A stretch of 11,704 nucleotides of DNA from a bacterium (GTDB lineage Bacteria > Zhuqueibacterota > Zhuqueibacteria > Oceanimicrobiales > Oceanimicrobiaceae). The translations under genes and the position numbers were made by a program. The notes beneath the pieces were generated by a model. It was not told where the DNA came from. It worked only from the letters and a program-made list of their open reading frames with translations, and made no database searches. The stretch covers positions 1 through 11,704 of the forward strand of contig JBHHXN010000162.1 in the NCBI GenBank assembly GCA_046757025.1, written 5' to 3'. Below are positions 1-5,014 of this stretch, piece by piece. The stretch's first letter is position 1, and each line of letters starts with the position of its first letter.

Positions 1-94
1 TGGACCACAACAAAGCAAGTCATTTAAACATTTGCGGCTCCGCCGTGCTAGGATTCTACCTATTTCAACCTTCTTTTTTACAGGGAGTGAGACG

Positions 95-196
95 GTGGCA
101 AATCAAATTACGGGAAGCGCCAGATTTAATGCAATGAATCGTTTTCTTACCAATAGAATTTTGCAAAAGCCTTCTTACCAATCAAAAGGAGTATAA
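95..196 (+). CDS. Possible 33-aa small protein (MANQITGSARFNAMNRFLTNRILQKPSYQSKGV)
   Basis: GTG at 95 preceded by AGGGAG (82-87) with a 7-nt spacer; stop TAA 194-196 lies 2 nt before the next ATG. No recognisable homology. The frame is open back to the window start. Confidence 0.25.
   Translation: MANQITGSARFNAMNRFLTNRILQKPSYQSKGV
144..182. repeat. 11-bp direct repeat TTCTTACCAAT (144-154, 172-182) flanking palindrome TTTTGCAAAA (159-168)
   Basis: Read directly; 28-bp period, immediately upstream of the SD of the ORF at 199. Confidence 0.6.
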
Positions 197-198
197 AA

Positions 199-318
199 AT
201 GGGAGACAAAGGCAAAAAGGATCAGGCCAAGAGAAAGAAGCAAAAGGAGAAACAACAAGCGGCCAAAAACAAAAAGAAACAGGAAAAACAACAGAAAGAT
301 TCCTTTTTAAGTAAATGA
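199..318 (+). CDS. Small Lys-rich basic protein, 39 aa (MGDKGKKDQAKRKKQKEKQQAAKNKKKQEKQQKDSFLSK)
   Basis: SD AAAAGGAG (184-191), 7-nt spacer, ATG 199, TGA 316-318; 15 Lys + 1 Arg versus 5 acidic residues. Below the ORF-track length cutoff. Confidence 0.7.
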   Translation: MGDKGKKDQAKRKKQKEKQQAAKNKKKQEKQQKDSFLSK

Positions 319-495
319 AAAAGATCTACCTGTACAGAGGAAAAGTCAGTCTTCACACTTTCATGAAAGGCGGTGCAAATGACCGATCAAAATAACCATC
401 GAGGCAACAAATGAAACACACAAAAGCATCAAGTGAAGATCATTAGACCTTGCCTTATATTCAATGGCAGAAACGTATAGAATAGGAGAATTTCA

Positions 496-642
496 ATGAG
501 TACATTAATAATTTTAGTCATGTCCGTAGTCCTGGTGACTGTTTATATTTATACAACAATTCGAGTTGAAACACAACGTCAGGAATCGCGGCAGCAAACC
601 CGGTTACAAAACTTCAACGGTCGATATGACGATAGCCGCTGA
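496..642 (+). CDS. Small single-pass membrane protein, 48 aa (MSTLIILVMSVVLVTVYIYTTIRVETQRQESRQQTRLQNFNGRYDDSR)
   Basis: SD AGGAG (484-488), 7-nt spacer; residues 4-22 hydrophobic, then a polar Arg/Gln tail. Its AATAGGAGAAT context (481-491) is identical to that of the RRM gene (3425-3435). Confidence 0.6.
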   Translation: MSTLIILVMSVVLVTVYIYTTIRVETQRQESRQQTRLQNFNGRYDDSR

Positions 643-696
643 TCCAGTTGCATGGATCAAATCAAACTCAGTTCAACAAAGATATTAAGGCAGGAT

Positions 697-1815
697 ATGA
701 AGAAGATAACTTTTCCAAAACGGATAGGTTTTTATGCGGAAGTCCGGAAACGCGTGAACCACTATTTCGAAGTAAACAACCTTTCCCCAAATGCGAACTG
801 GCGCATGGTTTTAAAAACGATCCTTATTTTATCGTGGTTGGTGTCGTCTTATATTTTGCTCTTATTTGCGGCATCTTCACTCATTTTGGCCCTTATTTCC
901 GCTATTGCAGTGGCCCAGGGTTTTGTACTGGTGGGGTTCAACATCATGCACGACGGCGCACACGGCAGTTATTCAAAGAGCAAACGCCTGAATTGGTTCA
1001 TGGGCTTCACGCTCGATCTCATTGGCGGAAGCAACATGTTTTGGCGGCACAAACATAATATCCTGCACCACACTTATACCAATATTAGTGAGCTCGATGA
1101 CGATATTCAAGTCTTCGGTATCCTGCGTTTTTGCCCACAACAACCATGGCGGCCCTGGCATCGGTTTCAGCATTGGTATGCCTTTCCGATATACAGTTTG
1201 ATGACCTTGCTGTGGGTCACAAGCGGTGATTTGATAAAATTTTTCACACAGCGGATTGGCGATTACCATTTGCCTAAACCACCCGCAGCCCAATCATGGC
1301 TTTTTTTTCTCACTAAAATTTTCTATTTCGGCTACATGCTGGTGATCCCCATGTTTTTTCTTCCGGTACTGCATGTTTTGGCCTTTTTCCTCCTCGTGCA
1401 TATTGTCCTCGGTTTTACAATGGCCACCGTTTTCCAGCTGGCGCACATCGCGGAAGACAACACCTTCCCGAGTCCGGATGCGGATACTGGCGAAATCGAC
1501 AACGAATGGGCCATTCATCAAGTGGAGACCACAGCGAATTTTGCGCCGAAAAGCAGGCTGGCAGCGTGGTATTGCGGCGGTCTGAATTTCCAGATCGAGC
1601 ACCACTTGTTTCCAAAAATCTGCCACGTCCATTACCCAGCCATCAGCAAAATCGTCGAGCGCACCTGCCATGAGTATTGGGTTACTTACGTTTCGTACCC
1701 GACTTTACGTGAGGCAGTGGCGGCGCATCTTCGCTTTCTCAAAAAGCTGGGCAGCGAGACGAGTGCGCGTGGTGATGGGGTTGCACGAATCGCGTCACGG
1801 ATAGTAAATTGTTGA
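697..1815 (+). CDS. Membrane fatty-acid (acyl-CoA/acyl-lipid) desaturase, delta-6/front-end-like family, 372 aa
   Basis: His boxes HDGAH (949-963), HNILHH (1054-1071) and QIEHH (1591-1605) in a GGLNFQIEHHLFP context; several hydrophobic segments; no fused cytochrome b5 domain. Start 697 (MKKITF, AAGG at 687-690) preferred over the in-frame ATG at 652, which lacks an SD. Confidence 0.95.
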   Translation: MKKITFPKRIGFYAEVRKRVNHYFEVNNLSPNANWRMVLKTILILSWLVSSYILLLFAASSLILALISAIAVAQGFVLVGFNIMHDGAHGSYSKSKRLNWFMGFTLDLIGGSNMFWRHKHNILHHTYTNISELDDDIQVFGILRFCPQQPWRPWHRFQHWYAFPIYSLMTLLWVTSGDLIKFFTQRIGDYHLPKPPAAQSWLFFLTKIFYFGYMLVIPMFFLPVLHVLAFFLLVHIVLGFTMATVFQLAHIAEDNTFPSPDADTGEIDNEWAIHQVETTANFAPKSRLAAWYCGGLNFQIEHHLFPKICHVHYPAISKIVERTCHEYWVTYVSYPTLREAVAAHLRFLKKLGSETSARGDGVARIASRIVNC

Positions 1816-1850
1816 TGCATCACCACATTGGAAACACCTTTTGCATCACA

Positions 1851-1875
1851 GATGTTGAAGCATGACGTCAACATC
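1851..1875. other. Stem-loop GATGTTGA-N9-TCAACATC downstream of the desaturase
   Basis: Perfect 8-bp stem (1851-1858/1868-1875); no U-tract, so not called a terminator. Confidence 0.45.
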
Positions 1876-1908
1876 CATTACATTTGAAATCAAACAGGAG
1901 ATAAACGT

Positions 1909-2187
1909 ATGACGGTAATGAAAGAATCGCCGAGAACGGGCAGAACCAAATGTTATATCCACGAAATGCAGCGACCACTGGAACTGCCTTATAAGCCATT
2001 GCAATACCATATATGCTGGATTTGTCAATCACGATTGCTGGAGTTAGCTAAGGCCGATTTTCAATTCAGGCTCCGTGAGCAAGTGGTTACTATTTCCACG
2101 GCCCGTGAAATCCAGAAAGAAGAAGCGAGCTCCAAAAAAGGCTTCAAAGTCAAAAAAACCAACCACACACAAAAAGAAATCGCTTAG
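1909..2187 (+). CDS. Hypothetical 92-aa protein with CxxH-x17-CxxC putative zinc-binding motif and basic C-terminal tail
   Basis: SD AGGAG (1896-1900); C15-YI-H18, 17-residue spacer containing ELPYKP, C36-WI-C39; tail KKGFKVKK; its stop overlaps the SD of the next gene. Confidence 0.7.
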   Translation: MTVMKESPRTGRTKCYIHEMQRPLELPYKPLQYHICWICQSRLLELAKADFQFRLREQVVTISTAREIQKEEASSKKGFKVKKTNHTQKEIA

Positions 2188-2195
2188 AGGAAATT

Positions 2196-2510
2196 ATGCA
2201 GAGCAATGACAACACGATTTTTGTGGGGACAAAAATCAGCGAAAAACTGCGCGACCATCTCGACTCCAGCAACGCTTCCGTAAAGCAATTCTTCGCAGAG
2301 AATGATCCTGAATATCTACAAGTGCTGTACATTGATTATGATGAGTACATTGGCAAGATGACCGAAAGTGGCGCTTCATTAGAGGATTTAAGCAATCTGC
2401 GGATGAACGTGAAAACCATGCTGCGGATGATATGCCCGAAATTTTCGTTCCCTGACAACGCCATCAAGATTTTTGCGGTTGCTCCAACTCCGGTGAGAAG
2501 CCATCTTTAA
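2196..2510 (+). CDS. Hypothetical soluble protein, 104 aa
   Basis: SD AGAGG (2186-2190) overlapping the upstream stop; globular-looking composition; same strand as its neighbours; no motif I can name. Confidence 0.85.
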   Translation: MQSNDNTIFVGTKISEKLRDHLDSSNASVKQFFAENDPEYLQVLYIDYDEYIGKMTESGASLEDLSNLRMNVKTMLRMICPKFSFPDNAIKIFAVAPTPVRSHL

Positions 2511-2572
2511 CTGCACAGCAAGTTTATGATTCAGCCCAAGGACTTGTATCGAGGATTTGGCGGTGCTGCGTG

Positions 2573-2710
2573 CGCTTGTCAAAATTGATCGCTCAACGGC
2601 AAAACAGGAGCGCGCAAGAAATTGTCGACGTGATTTATCAAGCGGCTCTCGACTTCGGAAATCAGGCAAAGCAACAGGATGACTTTACGACTGTGATTGT
2701 AAAAAAATTA
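2573..2710 (+). pseudogene. C-terminal remnant of a SpoIIE/RsbU-type PP2C phosphatase
   Basis: Translates to RLSKLIAQRQNRSAQEIVDVIYQAALDFGNQAKQQDDFTTVIVKKL, matching the family C-terminus (RL...SAxEI...F...QxDDxTxVxxK). Compare RLLEKMPENSCGSAQEHLELMFAHVRKFMARAPQQDDMTMVLVKI in the intact gene of this window. Upstream catalytic motifs are absent. The frame can be read from GTG 2570 to TGA 2746. Confidence 0.7.
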
Positions 2711-2729
2711 AGTTTAAATGGAGGCTCCA

Positions 2730-2987
2730 ATGAAAGAATTTATTGAGTATCTGATCAAACACTTAGTCGATAAGACCGAGGAAGTGCAAATTAACGAAAT
2801 TGCTGGCGAACGTACCGTGGTCTTTGAATTGCGTGTCGGAGATGGAGATATGGGTAAGGTGATAGGAAAACGCGGCCAAACCGCTAAATCTCTTCGAATC
2901 ATTCTGGCAGCGGTTGCAGCCAAACAGGGAAAGCGATTTGTTCTGGAAATATTAGAAGATGAAAAAAAGAAAGCGATCAGTTCCTGA
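2730..2987 (+). CDS. khpA: KH-domain RNA-binding protein KhpA (YlqC/UPF0109 family), 85 aa
   Basis: MKEFIEYLIKHLVD N-terminus and DMGKVIGKRGQTAKSLR KH GxxG signature; SD GGAGG (2720-2724) supports ATG 2730 rather than 2718. Confidence 0.95.
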   Translation: MKEFIEYLIKHLVDKTEEVQINEIAGERTVVFELRVGDGDMGKVIGKRGQTAKSLRIILAAVAAKQGKRFVLEILEDEKKKAISS

Positions 2988-3056
2988 AATTTTCCAAGTG
3001 CTACTGCGAAAAGATGGCTGATGCAGCCAAGAGAAAAGGAACTCGGAAACATTCCC

Positions 3057-3148
3057 ATTGCTGATTTGGGATTGCGGATTTCGGAATTTGCAGGTCTATA
3101 GTTTGCAATCAATTCCCCTTCCACATTCCGAATTTCGCAATCTGAAAT
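3057..3148. repeat. Degenerate 7-bp tandem repeats (ATTGCTG ATTTGGG ATTGCGG ATTTCGG AATTTGC) with an inverted copy, forming a long imperfect hairpin
   Basis: 3064-3087 matches the reverse complement of 3125-3148 at 20 of 24 positions, and two of the mismatches can form G-U pairs on the + strand. Confidence 0.75.
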
Positions 3149-3348
3149 ACGTCAATTTGTTTCGCTTTGCGATTTCTGACGCTTTGACGTATCGACAAAA
3201 CTTGATAGATGCACGGCGCCAAGCGCCTACACAGGGTTCGACCGGACACGATCCTCTTCATGCTATGCGGAGTCGAATCGTGACTTAAAAATAACAGCTT
3301 AACACCCCCAACGCAGTCTATCCTAAGCTTATTGAAGGAGGGTTCAGA

Positions 3349-3399
3349 GTGAAGAAACAGGGACGTTTTGGCCAATCATTACATAATACCAGTAAGTAA
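3349..3399 (+). CDS. Possible 16-aa leader peptide/uORF (MKKQGRFGQSLHNTSK) upstream of the RRM gene
   Basis: SD AAGGAGG (3335-3341), 7-nt spacer, GTG 3349, TAA 3397-3399. Confidence 0.3.
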   Translation: MKKQGRFGQSLHNTSK

Positions 3400-3438
3400 A
3401 ATTCAGTTATAAACATTTTTATAAAATAGGAGAATACC

Positions 3439-3717
3439 ATGAATATTTACGTAGGCAACTTATCACGCGAAGTCACTGAAGACGATTTGAAAGCCGCGTT
3501 TGAGACCTTCGGGCAGCTTGCATCCGTCAATGTTATTAAGGACAAATTCAGCGGCGAGCCCCGGGGTTTTGGATTCATTGAGATGCCTTCTAAAAAAGAA
3601 GCGCAGGCGGCAATCGACGGTCTAAATGGCACGGATTTAAAAGGGCAAAGTCTTAATGTCAATGAGGCTCGTCCCCGCACAGACAATCGTCGCGGAGGCG
3701 GTGGGCGACGATTCTAA
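3439..3717 (+). CDS. Single-RRM RNA-binding protein (bacterial Rbp type) with Gly/Arg tail, 92 aa
   Basis: RNP2 IYVGNL, RNP1 RGFGFIEM, LNVNEARPR end of domain, RRGGGGRR tail; SD AGGAG (3428-3432). Confidence 0.97.
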   Translation: MNIYVGNLSREVTEDDLKAAFETFGQLASVNVIKDKFSGEPRGFGFIEMPSKKEAQAAIDGLNGTDLKGQSLNVNEARPRTDNRRGGGGRRF

Positions 3718-3793
3718 GATCGCTGCCCTGACAAAGGCTGTCTTTTCACTTGAAGAATATGTGGACAACTTTTCTACCTGTCATCCTAATTTC

Positions 3794-3811
3794 AGCACCA
3801 GAAGGTGTTTT
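3794..3811 (+). terminator. Weak candidate intrinsic terminator after the RRM gene
   Basis: AGCACC-AGAA-GGTGTT stem (one G-U pair) followed by T-rich sequence, in the convergent intergenic region. Confidence 0.3.
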
Positions 3812-3981
3812 CCATCTTTTGGATTTTTAAAGTGAATTTAATGCCATTCAAACAATGTGTCCGATTCATTTTTTAAGGCTCGGCTCTCTTCATCCTGGTC
3901 TGTGGATTAGCAGTATAAAATAGAGCCGTGTCCTTCACTTAAAGTCTGGCAACCAAAAGAGTACAGGTACCGCGTTGTATT

Positions 3982-4764
3982 TCAGGAATTGATAAATGAA
4001 AATTCGATGGGTACGGAAACCCAAACGCGGATATTGCGATCGCGTTGCTTGGCAGGTTGCCATTTTACTTTTTTTAGTGCGACTTTGGCCGCCTGTTCAA
4101 AACCGAGGTTGGCCGGCTTGGCCTTCAGCACCTCTACTCTTTCGGTTCTGCCATCCGCACTCACCAGCACTTTCACATACACAATGCCTTCCACTCCCGC
4201 CTGCCTGGCAAGCTGAGGATATTTCAAAAATTTATTGAGAGCGGCAATGCCGCCTATGATGCTTGGAGGTTCATCAAAAGCCACAAAAATGGGCATTTCA
4301 TCGTTTTCGTCCGGTGCAGAAGGCGGCGGTGGTATGTCTGACAAATCCAGCTCCGTAGAAGCGATGGTCATGTCTTCGGGAACGGCTTCCTCTTCCGTGG
4401 GAACAGGAATGCTCGGTTTCATCGGCGCAATGGGCTGCCGAAACTGTTCCGTGGGCGGAATATCTGCCACCTCTATTTTGACATCCAATTCACTGATCTG
4501 CCCGGGGGCGAGACTGAATTGCCGGGCAAATTGGAAGCCGACTATGAGCAGCCCAATTGTCGCCAACAAAGACAATTCATAAATTTTTTTCGACTGATGT
4601 CTAAGATCGGCATTTAGGCTCTTTTGTTTGATGAGCTGTGAGCTATCCACCGTGGCAGCAAAAAACGCTCGCGTCTGTTTATTTAATTCGCTCTCGGGTT
4701 TGACTTCCAGCGACCAATCGGGGCTTTCGAAGGGGGTAAATCTTTTGTTATTGCTTTTAATCAT
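3982..4764 (-). CDS. tonB: Energy transducer TonB family protein, 260 aa
   Basis: Single TM helix (LSLLATIGLLIVGFQF), Pro/acidic linker (DIPPPPSAPDE), C-terminal domain LKYPQLARQAGVEGIVYVKVLVSADG...WQPAKQ...VSVPIEF. GGAG SD (4774-4777) favours ATG 4764 over TTG 4779. Confidence 0.92.
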   Translation of the reverse strand: MIKSNNKRFTPFESPDWSLEVKPESELNKQTRAFFAATVDSSQLIKQKSLNADLRHQSKKIYELSLLATIGLLIVGFQFARQFSLAPGQISELDVKIEVADIPPTEQFRQPIAPMKPSIPVPTEEEAVPEDMTIASTELDLSDIPPPPSAPDENDEMPIFVAFDEPPSIIGGIAALNKFLKYPQLARQAGVEGIVYVKVLVSADGRTERVEVLKAKPANLGFEQAAKVALKKVKWQPAKQRDRNIRVWVSVPIEFSFINS

Positions 4765-4861
4765 TTTGCAATTCTCCAATTTCAGGTACGGTTTTCAATG
4801 GCAAATTTATTTCCTGTATCTTCTTTTTTAATGAATAAAATCAAATTCAATCGCTTCCTAA

Positions 4862-4878
4862 TACAAGCTTTGTGCCAG
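4862..4878 (-). promoter_or_regulatory. Sigma54-type -24/-12 promoter upstream of tonB
   Basis: The minus strand reads CTGGCAC-AAAGC-TTGTA against consensus TGGCAC-N5-TTGCW. Spacing is correct, with a single C>T deviation at -12. It lies directly downstream of a sigma54 activator gene. Confidence 0.7.
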
Positions 4879-4974
4879 AAAACTAACTAAGATTTTAATT
4901 AGCGGTAAGCTTCTGTAAATATGGAGATTGAAGTTGCGGACAAAAAAAATCGGCCGTTTAAAAATGGCGGCTTT

Positions 4975-5010
4975 AAGTCCGAATATTCGGACTTTATACT
5001 AAATATCGGA
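4975..5010. promoter_or_regulatory. Perfect 20-bp palindrome AAGTCCGAATATTCGGACTT plus a degenerate second copy; candidate enhancer (UAS)
   Basis: Palindrome 4975-4994; related TACTAAATATCGGA at 4997-5010 (core TCCGAATATTCGGA, 19-bp offset); centre about 110 bp upstream of the -24 element. Confidence 0.55.
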
Positions 5011-5014
5011 GGAA

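Noticed and set aside
96..111. TGGCA...TTAC as a sigma54 promoter
   Set aside because: Spacing is off by one and the -12 GC is absent; sigma54 spacing is strict.
640..651. TGA readthrough or selenocysteine fusion of the 48-aa peptide to the desaturase
   Set aside because: No convincing SECIS-like hairpin follows, the desaturase has its own plausible start at 697, and this family has no Sec position there.
1815..1865. 16-aa ORF MHHHIGNTFCITDVEA overlapping the desaturase stop (TGATG)
   Set aside because: No SD, very short, and coincides with hairpins; not supportable.
648..1874. Alternative-frame and antisense ORFs over the desaturase (648-1058, 973-1293, 1294-1671, 1332-1514, 1373-1585, 1415-1615, 1686-1874)
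   Set aside because: They overlap a well-supported gene and have no recognisable motifs.
3057..3148. CRISPR array
   Set aside because: Units are 7 bp, degenerate and contiguous, with no unique spacers and no cas genes.
2714..3375. ORFs 2714-3124 (-), 3058-3288 (+) and 3109-3375 (-)
   Set aside because: Antisense to khpA or produced by the heptamer repeats and structured leader; no convincing SD or protein-like features.
4881..4935. IHF site between the UAS and the sigma54 promoter
   Set aside because: AT-rich but no adequate match to WATCAANNNNTTR on either strand.
4941..4994. Intrinsic terminator for the sigma54 activator gene
   Set aside because: The 20-bp palindrome has no U-tract on the minus strand, and the T8 run (4942-4949) follows only a weak 4-bp or mismatched stem. 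Not excluded, but not called.
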